Assembly (NCBI RefSeq): GCF_030028105.1 | Contig: NC_092372.1 | Span: 103,110,687-103,174,686, forward strand | Source of the DNA: Mobula birostris | Lineage: Eukaryota | Direction of reading: 5' to 3' | Length of the DNA: 64,000 nt | Shown here: positions 50,386-64,000 of the stretch, in pieces | Numbering within the stretch: the first letter of the stretch is position 1 | How the letters are laid out: each line of letters opens with the position of its first letter | Notes under the pieces: model-generated | Told to the model about the DNA's origin: nothing | Databases searched by the model: none | The model's input: only the letters and a program-made list of their open reading frames with translations | Made by a program: the position numbers and the translations under genes

Positions 50386-51688
50386 ATTTTGAGCATATTT
50401 AGTATAAATTAGGCTTCAAGGTCAGAACAGCATTGTGTGCTCAATAGTCTGTTCAGTGCTATACTGTTCTATGTCCTAAGTTGTGTGTTTTAAAACACTT
50501 GCTACAGGTGCTGAGTTTTGTATTGCTGATGCCTTGAAACTGAGGTCGGTTTAATCTCCAGCACACTGTCTGACACTATGATGTACGATATATCACCTTT
50601 TAGTATGGATTAGATTAAAATGTACAACACTCAACAGACATGCTGCCCATGACACAGATAAACATATAAGTTTCCACCACAGAGAATTCAACAAGCCTCT
50701 GGAATCTGAAGTTTTGTTGAGGATGCTTCATGTTGATGGGAGAAATCCTGAAATACAAACATTTGAACATACTTTCTGAATAAGGCCATTCAGCCTATTG
50801 TTTTTGTGACTGCTTTCAGATCTGTACTATAATTTCTCCCAGTTATTATCATGTAACCCACTCTGCCACATGCCCATCAGCTCGTGACTGATTCTACTGT
50901 CCTCTCCGATTTGAGGAGTAATTTTCAGTACCAATTAACCTACCAGCACACCTTTGGATGTGTGTGGAAAGTGGAGCATGCAGGAATATCCCATGTGGTC
51001 ACAGAGGAACTTGTAAACTCCACATACAGAGCAATCAACGTCAGCATTGAAACCAGGTCACTGGAATTGTACAACAGCAGCACTTCTAAGAGAGAATTCT
51101 CTGCTTGGAATTGATGACTGGAAGCTTTCCTGAGGTCGCAGAATTTTTGGGAATGGGAAAAAGCAGGCATAGGTTGGTTATGGTTTTTCATTTCAGGAAT
51201 TTAGATGTCAGACTTAGGAAAGGTGACACGCTAAACGTAGTTTTTTAATACAAGAAACTAGGCTGAGGTATTTGCAAGCACATTGTCTAAGTAACTGACC
51301 TTATTTGGTCTCATCCAGATATACTGTTATCTCATTAGAGATGTTGATGCATCTGTGATATTGAGTAAGTAAGCACGGTAAAGAGAAGGATGAGATAGCT
51401 AATAAGCTATTGCTGGGTGAGCCATCTGAGTGGAAACTTAAAAAAATCTTTGACCTGTCTGTTTTAATTTTTTTCTGTCTAAAAACAGTAACTAATGTTC
51501 CAATAGTATGTCTTTATGTGTAGATTGTTTGGGGATATTCAAGGATTGCAAATGATAACATTTAACTGCAGATTCTTTCTTTAAACTCACATGCCATACA
51601 GACACTGAAAGGAAAATCCAAGTGTCACCAAAGGTATGTTTTGTGCACTGTCACACATTGTGAGAGGCTAATGTGGGACAGTGTAGAC

Positions 51689-54600
51689 TAGTGGTCACCA
51701 ACCATTTTAAGCCCAAGATCCCCTACCTCGACCTTAGTGAAAGGGAAGATCGACCTACTAAATCGTTTAGAGAAAAAGCAGCTCAGGTTCTACTTCCAAT
51801 TTGAGGCCTTTTATTTGGGCAATACTTTTGTCAAACTCTCAAATTAATTCAAACAAGAAAACACTGTAACTAGCATATCAAACAGGCCATAGCTGTCTTT
51901 CTTTAAGAAACAGAAACAGGTGAATTGATTATGGGGAGCAAGGACATGGCAGACCAATTGAATAATTACTTTGGTTCTGTCTTCACTAAGGAGGACATAA
52001 ATAATCTTCCAGAAATAGTAGGGGACAGAGGGTCCAGTGAGATGGAGGAACTGAGCGAAATACATGTTAGAAGGGAAGTGGTGTTAGGTAAATTGAAGGG
52101 ATTGAAGGCAGATAAATCCCCAGGGCCAGATGGTCTGCATCCTAGAGTGCTTAAGGAAGTAGCCCAACAAATAGTGGATGCATTGGTGATAATTTTTCAA
52201 AACTCGTTAGATTCTGGACTAGTTCCTGAGGATTGGAGGGTGGCTAATGTAACCCCACTTTTTAAAAGAGGAGGGAGAGAGAAACCAGGGAATTATAGAC
52301 CATTAGCCTAACGTCGGTGGTGGGGAAACTGCTGGAGTCAGTTATCAAAGATGAGATAACAGCACATTTGGAAAGCGGTGAAATGATCGGACAAAGTCAG
52401 CATGGATTTGTGAAAGGAAAATCATGTCTGACGAATCTCATAGAATTTTTTGAGGATGTAACTAGTAGAGTGGATAGGGGAGAACCAGTGGATGTGGTAT
52501 ATTTGGATTTTCAGAAGGCTTTTGACAAGGTCCCACACAGGAGATTACTGTGCAAACTTAAAGCACACGGTATTGGGGGTAAGGTATTGGTGTGGGTGGA
52601 GAATTGGTTAGCAGACAGGAAGCAAAGAGTGGGAATAAACGGGACCTTTTCAGAATGGCAGGCGGTGACTAGTGGGGTACCGCAAGGCGCAGTGCTGGGA
52701 CCCCAGTTGTTTACAATATATATTAATGACTTGGATGAGGGAATTAAATGCAGCATCTCCAAGTTTGCGGATGACACGAAGCTGGGTGGCAGTGTTAGCT
52801 GTGAGGAGGATGCTAAGAGGATGCAGGGTGACTTGGATAGGTTGGGTGAGTGGGCAAATTCATGGTAGATGCAATTTAATGTGGATAAATGTGAAGTTAT
52901 CCACTTTAGTGGCAAAAATAGGAAAACAGATTATTATCTGAATGGTGGCTGATTAGGAAAAGGGGAGGTGCAGCGAGACCTGGGTGTCATTATACACCAG
53001 TCATTGAAAGTGGGCATGCAGGTACAGCAGGCGGTGAAAAAGGCGAATGGTATGCTGGCATTTATAGCGAGAGGATTCGAGTACAGGAGCAGGGAGGTAC
53101 TACTGCAGTTGTACAAGGCCTTTGTGAGACCACACCTGGAGTATTGTGTGCAGTTTTGGTCCCCTAATCTGAGGAAAGACATCCTTGCCATAGAGGGAGT
53201 ACAAAGAAGGTTCACCAGATTGATTCCTGGGATGGCAGGTCTTTCATATGAAGAAAGACTGGATGAACTGGGCTTGTACTCGTTGGAATTTAGAAGATTG
53301 AGGGGGGATCTGATTGAAACGTATAAGATCCTAAAGAAATTGGACAGGCTAGATGCAGGAAGATTGTTCCCGGTGTTGGGGAAGTCCAGAACAAGGGGCC
53401 ACAGTTTGAGGATAGAGGGGAAGCCTTTTAGGACCGAGATTAGGAAAATCTTCTTCACACAGAGAGTGGTGAATCTGTAGAATTCTTTGCCACAAGAAAC
53501 AGTTGAGGCCAGTTCATTGGCTATATTTAAGAGGGAGTTAGATATGGCCCTTGTGGCTACGGGGATCAGGGGGTATGGAGGGAAGGCTGGGGCGGGGTTC
53601 TGAGTTGGATGATCAGTCATGATCATAATAAATGGCGGTGCAGGCTCAAAGGGCCGAATGGCCTACTCCTGCACCTATTTTCTATGTTTCTATGTTTCTA
53701 TGTTTCAATATTATAATACTTCACACCTTTAATTCTAAGTTTCATTATTTAATTTTATTTCAACATGAAAAATAAATGAATAAAAATTGACTGTTGTACT
53801 CAGTGTGATGACTTGGGCTAAATACTTTCTGTTAGTTTGGCTCATAACTACAGACAGCCAGTCTGAGACAGTCTGTGAGGTGTCTGTCAGTAAGACAGCT
53901 CCTGTACTTAGATTTAATAATTTTCATCTGTGAAAATGTAATTTCACATAGATAAGTTGACCCAAAGTAGGCACTGACTTTTAGTGCTATAAAACCAATG
54001 CACACACTGTGCATTGCTGGGGCCTCATCAGTTGTAATTGCCACCAGTTTATGAATGGGGGTGTCATTTTCACGGACATATTTTTAAAACTCATTGTAAA
54101 TATTCTCACCTCTCGTTCTATCCTTTAATTGCAAAAGAATGAAGAAGTCCTCCTTTGTTGTAAAATCCTGAAAAGCCATTCTGACAAACACAACAAGCTG
54201 AGCTGTTTGCATTACATCCAGGGATTCATCAAACTGTAGTGAAAAATATTCACAGAGTGACAAGTCGATCCACGTCCTCTGACAGTGACTCTACCCTCCT
54301 TGTCACTGTTGCAGGTATATTATGTATTGTAGTTGTGATGTCGGTTTTGTTTTTGAAGTCATTAAAACAGTCTCTGCAGTAATGGTCATTGGTTCCTTGA
54401 ATAAATCGCCATCTATAAAAGGTTTCTTGTGTTTAGCCAAAAGGTGACTTACACGAAATGATGCTTCAGTAGCAGCCTAATTTTGAGCAGCATGTTTTGT
54501 GAAAAACGATTGCTGGGCCTTCAACCCCGATATCAGCTCCTCAACTTTCCTGGCATGAATTGCGCTCTTTGGGGGGTTAAAGTTAAAGTCTGTCCCGAGC

Positions 54601-55174
54601 CTTATAGCCCATCAGGCCTGTGCTTATGCTGGTTTCTGTGGCGTTTGCCAATTGTGTCGCCTCTGACCTGGGCCGACATTTACGTGCTGGGCGACACCTA
54701 ATTAATTAGCTTGTTTATTTCAGCTTTTTTCTTAAAGATGTGCTGGGTGGGTTCCGGATACCGCTGCACCCCTGCATTCTTCGCGGCAATATATTGGTCC
54801 ACAGCCCGAAGGTTGGGGACACTGCTGTATATTGATGTTTGCGACAGTCTGTACTCTTATCTAATTTAGTTGGTCACTTTGATGCTGCACAAGCTACGCT
54901 GAAAATGCGGTGCATGGTGTTTGAGCTACACACATGAGCACTGGGCAGAAAGAATGGAACTAAAACCCCGCAACCCGGAAACAATCGCTCTTTATAAACA
55001 GTGTTCAATAGCAAATGTATTACTAAATTACCATTATCCTAATTAGTATTGCTTATTTTTATGATGCTCACATTACAACAGTATTTGTGCATTTATTTTT
55101 GATTTTTTCAGGATCTACTGGGAAAGTCTCGAAGATCGACTGGTCGATCGTGATCGATGGGTTGGCGACCCCTA
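51689..55174 (-). mobile_element. hAT (Charlie/GTF2IRD2-like) DNA transposon, internally deleted, with nested insertions
   Basis: TIRs TAGTGGTCACCAACC / TAGGGGTCGCCAACC; exact 8-bp TSD GTGTAGAC (51681-51688, 55175-55182); transposase remnants AITTDEAPAM and FGSTYLCE..FSQMKIIKSKYRS.LTD.HL..CLRLA. Confidence 0.88.
51906..53706 (+). mobile_element. CR1 LINE, 5'-truncated, nested in the hAT element
   Basis: KSPGPDGLHP, YLDFQKAFDKV, GVPQGAVLGP, KFADD; (TTTCTATG)n tail. Confidence 0.92.
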
Positions 55175-55442
55175 GTGTAGACCATCTATACAATGGCATA
55201 CTGCAGAAGGAAGGAGTGACAAAAAGTGAAACTCTTGTATCGGATGGTATAGAATATGCAACGGATGGAGGAGCGTGACAAATAGCAGTAGTTACAGAGG
55301 TGTGAAATTTATAGTCTGCAATACATTCAGTACCCAGCCGGACATTTGTCAGATTTAGCTCAGTGTTAGGTTCCTGCTCTGCATTAGAAGGTTAACCACA
55401 CTTGAGATCATCTTAGCTGATGAATCAGTGCACTTGTGTGTT

Positions 55443-57205
55443 GAAGGCACACACTCAGCGATTCAGGAACAGCTTCTTCCCGTCCTCCATCCAATTCCTA
55501 AATGGATATTGAATCTTTGAACACTACCTCACCTTTTTTTAATGTACAATATTTCTGTTTTTGCAAGTTTTTAAAAAAATCTCTTCAATATATGTACAGG
55601 TGTCCCCCACTTTTCAGACGTTCGCTTTATGAAACCTCACTGTTACGAAAGACCTACATTAGTACCCTGTTTTCGCTATAGAAGGTGTTTTCACTGTTAT
55701 CAAAAAAGCAGCGCTCGAAAAAAGCAGCGCACGAAAAAAAGCAGCGCGCTGCACGCCCCGAGCAGCTTCCCTCCCCTGGATTCGGAACGGCATTCTCGCC
55801 AGCATTGCTTTAACACGTGCCTGTGAGCACCCGTTAGCAAGATGAATTCTAAGGTATCCGAAAAGCCTGAAAGAGCTTGTAAGGGTGTTACACTTAACGT
55901 AAAACTAGACATAATTAAGCATTTCGATCGTGGTGAATGAAGTGAGGACTAAGTGAGTTTGGCTTGTGGAAGGTGGCAAAGATGATGTTGAAGAGGTTTT
56001 GGCTCCCATGACCAAGAACTGATAGATGAAGTGCTGATGCAATTGGAAGAGGAAAGGATAACAATCGAAACCGAATGAATAATGATAAAGTACGACTTTA
56101 ATTTTGAAAGGGTACGTTGGTTTAGGGAATATTTTCAGGATGGTTTGAGCGCTTACAAACAACTGTATGATAGAAAAATGCGCGAGGCTCAGCAGTCAAG
56201 CAAGCCTTCCACATCAGCCACAGCAGACGACGAACCTCGACCTTCGACATCGAGGCGGGCAGTCGTAGGAGAAGATGAGCTGCCTGTTCTAATGGAAACA
56301 GAAGACGAGATGGCACCCCAGTGTCCCACCACCCCAACACTCAGGCTGCGGACAGATACCGATTTGCGGAGAATGCAGCAGTGGCCAGGAGGCACACAGC
56401 ACATCTTCAAGAAAAAAGCGAAAATAAATATGCTAATTAGTTAGGTGCCACCTGACACGTAAATGTCGGCTCAGATCAGAGGCGATGCAATCGGCAATCG
56501 GCAAGCTGCATGCTTCGCGGATCGGTATCGGTTCGCTGCCTGGAAGGCGGGGGCCACTGCATCACCCAAACTCTGACAACTCAGTCTAACACACCATCAT
56601 CAGTGTGCTCCGCGACTTCCCAATTCCGGTAAGTGATACTACACTGTACATACATTATTCCTACTTTATATCGGCTGTGTATTCTTACGTGTTATTTGGT
56701 CTGATTTGGCAGCTTCATAGCTTAAAGGTTACTGGAGAGTGCTTGCGCAGTGTTTTTGCCGACGATGCTTGCATGAGATTTTCACTACGGAGAACAGTTC
56801 AGGCAATGATTATGGAAAAGTATTTCTACTTTATATAGGCTGTGCATCTATCATATCATTCCTGCTGTTACTATATGTTACTGTTATTTTAGGTTTTATG
56901 TGTTATTTGGCATGACTTGGTAGGTTATTTTTGGGTCTGCGAACGCTCACAAAATTTTCCCATATAAATAAATGGTAATTGCTTCTTCACTTCACAACAT
57001 GCCGGCTTACGAACTGTTTCATAGGAACGCTTTACCTTTGGATGGTGGGGGAAACCTGTAATTGATTTACTTGTTTATTTATTATTATTATTTCTATTTT
57101 ACTTATTATTTTTTTTTCTCTGCTAGATTATGTATTGCATTGAACTGTTGCTGCTAAGTTAACAAATTTCACATCACATGCTGGTGATAATAAACCTGAT
57201 TCTGA
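55443..57205 (+). mobile_element. Rex1-type 3' end fragment (55443-55596 and 57059-57205) interrupted by a Tigger element
   Basis: Both flanks match the 3' end of 46215-50385 (compare 50087-50385). Confidence 0.7.
55597..57058 (+). mobile_element. Tigger/pogo non-autonomous DNA transposon
   Basis: TA|CAGGTGTCCCCCAC...GTGGGGGAAACCTG|TA termini; HTH-psq remnant KGVTLNVKLDIIKHFDRGE and an acidic C-terminal remnant. Confidence 0.82.
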
Positions 57206-57449
57206 ATATTAGCATAGAATGCCTTAAATGCTGGTAAATTTAAATTGCTGAACCCATCCTTGGTTAAAACACACTGAGATAGTTGTGACATTTAATCAAC
57301 GGCACAGATGAAAGGCACAGATTAGAAAGAATGTTATTGAATTCTGGAATAGTTGAGAAAAGTGTCAAAACCATTTATCATTATGACTTGACACAGATAA
57401 GTTGGATGCACCATGCAATTAACATCAGACCAGAAACTGAAATTTTGGG

Positions 57450-60050
57450 CTTTGAGAATTATAAGGCAGCCAGGAGGAGATTAAGAATGGACTTTGGAGA
57501 GCCAGAAAAGGACATGAGTAAGATTAAGGAAAACATCAGCGCATTCTACATGTGCTGTATGTGAAGAACCAAAGGATGACTAGCCTGAGGTAGGACTGTG
57601 AGGGATAAAAGTGGAAACATTCTTTTATCTCAAGGAGGTACAGGAGATCCTTAATGAATGCTTTGTTTCACCATTCACCAACGGGAGGAAGCTTCACAAA
57701 TGTAAGGTTATCATTGAACAAGCTGCGACATGTCGACATTAAGAAAGACGATGTGTGGAACTCTTGAGAAGCATTAGGATAAATGAGTCCCTGGGACTGA
57801 ACGAGGTTTACCCCTGGGCACTAAGAGAGCAAGGGAAGGGATTTCTGCACCTTTAGTGATGATCTTTGCATCCTCACTGGTCACAAGAGTAGTACCAGAC
57901 GATTGGAGGTGGACAAATGTTATTTCTTTGTTCAAGTAAGGTAATAGGGTTAACCCTCGGAATTATAGACCAGTGAATCTTACGCCTTGGTGGGAAAATG
58001 ATTGGAGAGGAGTCTTTGAGACAGGATTTACATTTGCAGCAGCAGAAACTTGATTACGGATAGTCAGCATTGATTTGTGAAGGACAGATCATGTCTCAGA
58101 AGCCTGATTGAATTCTGTAAAGAAATGACTAAATAAATTGATGAAGACAGAGCTGTGGAGGTGGTATACATGGATTTGAGCAAGGAGTCTGAGAAGGCTA
58201 CACATTGTAGGCTAATTCAGAAAGTCAGGAGGCATGGGAGGCAGGGAGACCTGCATGGATACAGAATTGGCTTGCCTACGGAAGGTAGAGGGTAGTAGCA
58301 GATGGAGCATATTCTGTCTGGAGATCAGTGACCAGTGGTGTTCCACAGGGATGTGTTCTGAGATTCCTGCACTTTGCGATTTTTATAAATGGCTTGGATG
58401 AGAAAGTGGAAGGGTGGGTGTTCCACAAAACTGATACCCAATAAGAATAATTGTGATGGGTGGATGTTGTAACTATTTGGTTTCGCTTGAACAAATGGAC
58501 CCAGACTTGGTATTTCCTCCGAGACTCATTTTATTGTTAATACAGAGAAGAAAACAGAGAGTTGCAAGAAATGCTTTATATCATACACTACCTACACCAC
58601 TAATAGACAGGGCTAACTTAAGCAACCCCTGGTAGTCTACACCTCTGAGTATACTTAGCAACATCTACGTGGTCCCTGAAGCAGGTGATCGACCGTGGAC
58701 TGGCTAGGGTGGAGGTCCCTGGCGCCAGTTCAGGGGCTCGGCCCGAAGCTGGCACCCAGGCGAGTGGTCTACCCAAGAAAGAACTTTCACACCTTTATAT
58801 CACTATCACCACCTCCCAGTCCAGCTGGATGGGGCTAGGCATCCAATCCGACGCTTACATGACCCTAACTTGGGCCAATCCAAGTCCTGGCCATGTATTA
58901 AGCCAACATACATCCTCCATACCTGCAAGTACCAAGGTCGGGTGACCTTTAACAACTAGCCTTTGCTCCCTCAGGGACAATGCATTCTATTAATCTTACA
59001 ACCAAACAATGTAAGAAAAACATCCTTTAGGGACAAGGTGATTAATTACTTTTACACAAATCAGCACTTTTCGCATGCTCTCTGGCATGTTATCCGGTAG
59101 ACCAGAGTCACATGTTGTTCTCCCCTTATCTAGTATCAAGGGTCAATCTGCCCAACAACATAACAGGCCTACAAATTCCAATTCCCTGCTGTGCCAATTT
59201 TCATACCCACACACCTACCCATACACCATACACTTACCTATACAGTGGGTTAGTAAGTTTGCTGATGATGCAAGAGTTGGTGATGCCGTGGATAGTGTAG
59301 AATGTTGTCTAGGTTACAATGGGACATTGAAGGATGTAGAAATGGATTGAGAAGTGGGAGATGGACTTTAATCTGGAAAAGTGTAAAGTGATACATTTTG
59401 TAAGGTTGAACTTGCAGGCCAGGTACAGGGTTAATGGCAGAATTCTTAGTAGTGTGGAGGAACAAAGAGATTGTGTTGTCCATGTATATATATCTTTCAA
59501 AGCTGCTGTGCAGTTTGATAAGGTGTTTACAAAGGCATATGATGTGTTGTCCTTCAGTCATAGGAAGACTGAGTTCAACTGTTGCAAGATAATTTTATAT
59601 CTCTGGAAATATCTGGTTGACTGTATTGAACTTTTTTCTGGTCGCATCATTATAGTGAGGATGGGGAAGCTTTAGAGAGGCTGCAGAGGAGATGATGACT
59701 GGATTAGAAAGTAAAAGTGGAGTGAGCTAGGGTTTTTCTCTTTGGAGCGAGGTGGAAGAGAGGTGACTGTTTAAGATGATGAGAGGCACTGATGGAGTGA
59801 CATCCAGTGCCTTTTTCCCAGGAAGGAAATGACAAATATGAGAGGACTTAATTTTAAGGTGATTAGAGTAAAGTGTAGGGTGGAGATCAGAGGTAGTTAT
59901 GGTGGTTGCATAAAATGAGATGCCGGGGTAATGTTAAAGGCGGATATATTAAGGACATTTTAGATAGTCACATGGATGAAAGAAAAATGTGTGAGGAAAG
60001 CACTTGTGTGATTTTGGAGTAGGCTGAAATGTCACTACATCATATGGCTG
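57450..60050 (+). mobile_element. Old degraded CR1 of the duplication unit, split by a solo LTR
   Basis: Homologous (reverse complement) to 7997-9860; RT-region remnants such as MDFNLEKCKVIHF. Confidence 0.8.
58419..59244 (-). mobile_element. Solo LTR
   Basis: TG...CA termini with exact 5-bp TSD GTGGG (58414-58418, 59245-59249); TATAAA (~58795) and AATAAA (~58530) in LTR order on the minus strand. Confidence 0.78.
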
Positions 60051-60589
60051 TGATTTGCAGTTAAGTGTCTCTTCAATTCTGCTGGAGTCACTACTGTATT
60101 TGTAAATTGTTTGTCACAGACTAGTCACAATGGAATAGGACATCCTGGATCACCAGTCCATGTAAAACCCATGGATAAGTCGCTTTCATTGTAAAGATGG
60201 ACTGTTTGTGTCCATTGTTGCATTACTGGTTGTAATTCAAAAATCGCCACATTGGACCTTCAGGCATGTCTGTAAAATACAGCGGTTAATAAAATATAAA
60301 AATGGGTGAGTTCCAAATGCTTGGAAAATGCACTTCACTCTCCTCATCAGCCCACTGTTCTCTCATCCATGCAATATGGTGCTCACCAATTATCAACAGA
60401 CTCCACTATCTCAGAATTTATATACAGTATGGACATACAATCAATATATGTTTATAAGCTATCTTATGTATTTATATTCATTGTGTTTTTTATGCTGCAT
60501 TAGATCCAGAGTAACAATTATTTCATTCTCCCTTCTACTTGCATACTGGAAATTACATTAAAAAGCCTTATCTTTATTTATAATTTCAT

Positions 60590-61065
60590 GGGCAGTGGGC
60601 TAAGCACACATCCCTGAGCTACTCCAGTGTTGATTGTCAGCAAGATGAAGATGTTATTACCAATCCACACTGATTGTGGTCTTCTGGTTAAAAAGTCATG
60701 GATCCTTCGCAGAGGGAGGTACAGAGGCCCAGGTTCTGTAGCTTTTCAATCAGGAGTGTAAGAATGATGGTGTTAAATGCTGAGCTCTAGTCAATAAACA
60801 GCATCTTGACATAGGTTTTGTATTGGCCAGGTGACCCTAGGCTATGCAGAGAGCCATTGAGATTGGGTCTGCTGTAGACCTATTGTAGCAACAAGCAAAT
60901 TGCAGTGGGTCTAGGTCCTTGCTGAGGTAGGAATTGATTCTGGCCATGACCAACCTCTCATAGCACGTCATCACTGTAGATGTGAGTACTACTGGACAAT
61001 AGTCATTAAGGCAGCTCACCCCACTGTTCTTGGGCACTGGTATAATTGTTGCCCTTCTGACATTT
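60590..61065 (-). mobile_element. Rex1-type RT fragment
   Basis: [36 protein letters not shown]; homologous to ~48850-49410. Confidence 0.8.
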
Positions 61066-61588
61066 AACAGAATCACCAGAACACAGGCCAGGCTGGATGG
61101 ATAAAGGAGACAGATTTCCTTTCCTCTAGAGCACCAGTGAATGATCTGTGTCTTTAAGTTTACGTGATGGTCTCACAGACATTAGTGACACAAACTTTTG
61201 AATTCTGAATTTATTTAGTTATGTGGAGCCTCGGTGGTGATTTGATTAAATCTCAGGGTCCCTACGGAGTCAAGCCCTCTGAATATTAGACTGGTAATTT
61301 AACTTCTCTGTTCACCAACCACATCATTTTCCCATTCCAGGAATATATTTTTTCAGGAGAATGTATTTATTTTCCCAAATAATTCCTTCTGGGCAAAGGA
61401 ACCTGGAATATTGATACACAACCAGATGGACTGAGACTAAAATTCCTCTTCCATCAGGCTCAAATGTCCCTGGAAGGTTGCCACTCACTGAAACAACTGT
61501 GAGGATCAATTGATCCAACACTATGGGTGTACCAGGTCACCAGAATGAAAAGCTAAGAGAGTAACTTCCTGATTAAAGCGGAGCATTG

Positions 61589-61837
61589 TGTTATGTTTTG
61601 TAACTCCAAATCATAAAAACCTAATTGAAATGAAAACAAGAGAGCTGGGGGATACCAGTCTAACTTCACTTTTATATAAAGTGAGGCGAGCACATATGAT
61701 GTGGTGGTGTAACGACATAGGCCATTTACATACTTTTACATATTACACACAATACATGATGTAAACAACGAAGAATGTTTAATCAAACAATATATTTACA
61801 ATATTACTCAACTATTTCTGAAATATTAAATACACCA
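61589..61837. mobile_element. Possible short solo LTR
   Basis: TG...CA ends with imperfect CATTG/GATTG flanks; right boundary ambiguous (alternative end 61858). Confidence 0.3.
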
Positions 61838-61869
61838 GATTGGGTAACTAACATAACAGGCCTCAATGC

Positions 61870-64000
61870 ATTTAATTCTGGAGTGGACATCAGTGTGTCA
61901 GTGAAATTTAATGGATGGTGCATGGACATTTGATATCATTTTTTACGTATAATTAATCAAATTTGAGATTGGAATCCAATCTGCAGTGGTCACCAGTAAC
62001 GATAAAATCAATTCATTTCTGGGCACCCCACTGAGATCAACCTAACTCTCCTTGGAGAGTGATTATACTGGGCTCACCTCTGCATCCAGGACAAAGTACG
62101 TTTGTAGTTCTGTTGTGGTGACAGAACCTGGAACAACAGCCAAAAGAAACGAAAACAGTTTCCGCCATTGAAGGTACATTTGATGTTGCGGGGGTAGAAA
62201 TTTCTTGGCTATCAAGTGCTGGTTGTGTAAGATGTGTTGGTATGACAAATTTTAGATATGCAGCTTAATTTTATGATTTTCATAAACTAATATTGTCAGA
62301 GGAATTTCATTTATTAAGCGGGCATTGTGTGGTACCTCCCACAGGACTCATCATCTCTGCTGGCGGAGAATTAAAAAAATGACTATAAAGGTGAGACACA
62401 CTTAGAACAGATTATTTCAGTTCATTCTTCTATGCTGTAACATGTTCTACCTGGGAATAGTGTTAATATTTATTGTAATACATTTCCAATGATTAGTAGA
62501 TGGAAGCAAGACACACTTTAAGATACAGAAGCACATGGAATATAAAACAAGCAGGTTTCCTGGAAATCACGTGCTCTCTCACACACTGGTTGCACTCTGA
62601 CAGTGAACTTCCTTCACCCGTGTACATCCCCAAGGGGAGGAGCCACCATGAACCCAGTGACCGCATTTCATTCATCTGGGAACTAAACCTTGAACCAGCT
62701 CCAGAAAGCCCTGAAGCTGATATTTCATCATACTGGGAAAATGTGCACAATGGACACTTGTTGCTGCAGCAAATATTCCAGAAAAAGCTTTAATCCATCA
62801 ACAATAATATTTTACAACATATATTAGGCCGGTCAGTTCACCATGAGAATTCCTTGCAACATCTCCCCAGCCTGTCTCACTCGCCACTGCTCCACAGCGT
62901 TCAGCAAATGTTATTTTGCTCACGGTGGCTGTAAATATCCTGTCAGGTGTGCATGGGGCAGGTGGACACCTTGGAAGCTATATTAAATAAATTCCTGGGA
63001 ATAAAATCAGGAGCAAACCCTAATCCAGACTTATGACCAGATCAGAGCACTGTCCCTTCTTCTGTGACCAAAGTAAACATGAATTCACCTTTTAAGGATC
63101 ATCCATGGTTGACCAAAGGGGTCCTGATTCAAGTTGGTGAAGGACAAGCAATATCAGATGGATGCAGGTCAATCTCACACCATCAAAGAACTGATGAACA
63201 CTGGAATTATCATACCCTGTGTAGCCATCTGACTATCAGGTCGAGCTCTGCCTTTGTTTTTCAAATTCCATGAAGACACAAGAGGTGGCAGTGGGAGAAA
63301 TGCATACGGTCCTTCATACCTGCTCTGTTCATCAATGAGATCAATGCTGATCTGATATTTATTTGCATGGTGGATAGCTCCGCAAAACACTACATTATTT
63401 TAAATAACGACACTGGAGTCCATGAATACAAGTCTACTTCGAATTTACCTTAGGTATATATATTGGGACTATTGGGGGTAAACCCCTTCTCAGCATCTGC
63501 TCTATCAAGTCCACTCAGAATCTGATAGTAGACACACATAGACTGACATACAGATACAAACATGCACATACACACACATACACAGACATAGACAGACAGA
63601 CAGACAGACACATAATATTTATTTAAATAAAATCGGTAATTGATGCAAAAAGAAAGCAATTATTATGATATTAAAACAACTTAGAAAGCCAACAATGAAT
63701 TCCTTCTAGATTTACAGCAGATTATTGTAATCCTTTGTAAAGTTCTTGCACAACAAGCCACAACATAGAGAGTAACATGTGAAAAGTAAAGGCTATTTCC
63801 AGAAAAATTACTCTTCGTATTTTCATAATAATGGCACATTTCACAGTGAAAAATGTATTGAAACCTTCTTGCTATGATTTTCTGTGTTGAATTTCTGGTT
63901 AAATTAGGTTAGTTGGATGATTATACTGACAATTAATAGTTTGATATAAACATCAGAGCTATCTGTATTTACCTCTGTAACCTTTCCCCATTTTTTTGAC
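61870..64000 (+). repeat. Diverged copy of the chemokine upstream block (probable fifth paralogue beyond the window edge)
   Basis: Colinear similarity to ~32660-35240 (e.g. 62680-62790 vs 33525-33635; 63050-63290 vs 34190-34430; 63880-63960 vs 35165-35250). Confidence 0.8.
63531..63612. repeat. Compound CA/GACA microsatellite
   Basis: Imperfect (CA)n and (GACA)n runs. Confidence 0.8.

Noticed and set aside
51602-51633. Possible micro-exon (cag|ACACTG...CAAAG|gtatgt)
   Set aside because: Splice-like signals only; no partner exons or recognisable protein similarity.

Overview
Vertebrate genomic DNA, most likely from a cartilaginous fish such as a ray or skate (inferred from the CR1/Rex1/Penelope/hAT/Tigger repeat content; not provable here). 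The ORF track misses the real genes because they are spliced. The window holds a cluster of four intact 4-exon CXC-chemokine genes (signal peptide, C-x-C...C...C, no ELR motif; features of both CXCL9/10/11 and CXCL8). Three are on the minus strand in a ~10.9 kb tandem array (copies 1 and 2 almost identical, copy 3 close) and a more diverged fourth is on the plus strand, head-to-head with copy 3. The upstream block of a probable fifth paralogue lies at the right edge. Each promoter carries TATA-like, NF-kB, IRF/ISRE and GAS motifs. The rest is copy-specific, often nested transposable elements: CR1 LINEs, Rex1/Babar-type LINEs, an RLE/HERO-like fragment, an L1 ORF1 fragment, a Penelope-like fragment with a hammerhead ribozyme motif, solo LTRs, and hAT and Tigger elements. 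Three N runs hide sequence. No prokaryotic features, CRISPR arrays, rRNA or tRNA were seen. All alignments and counts were done by eye.
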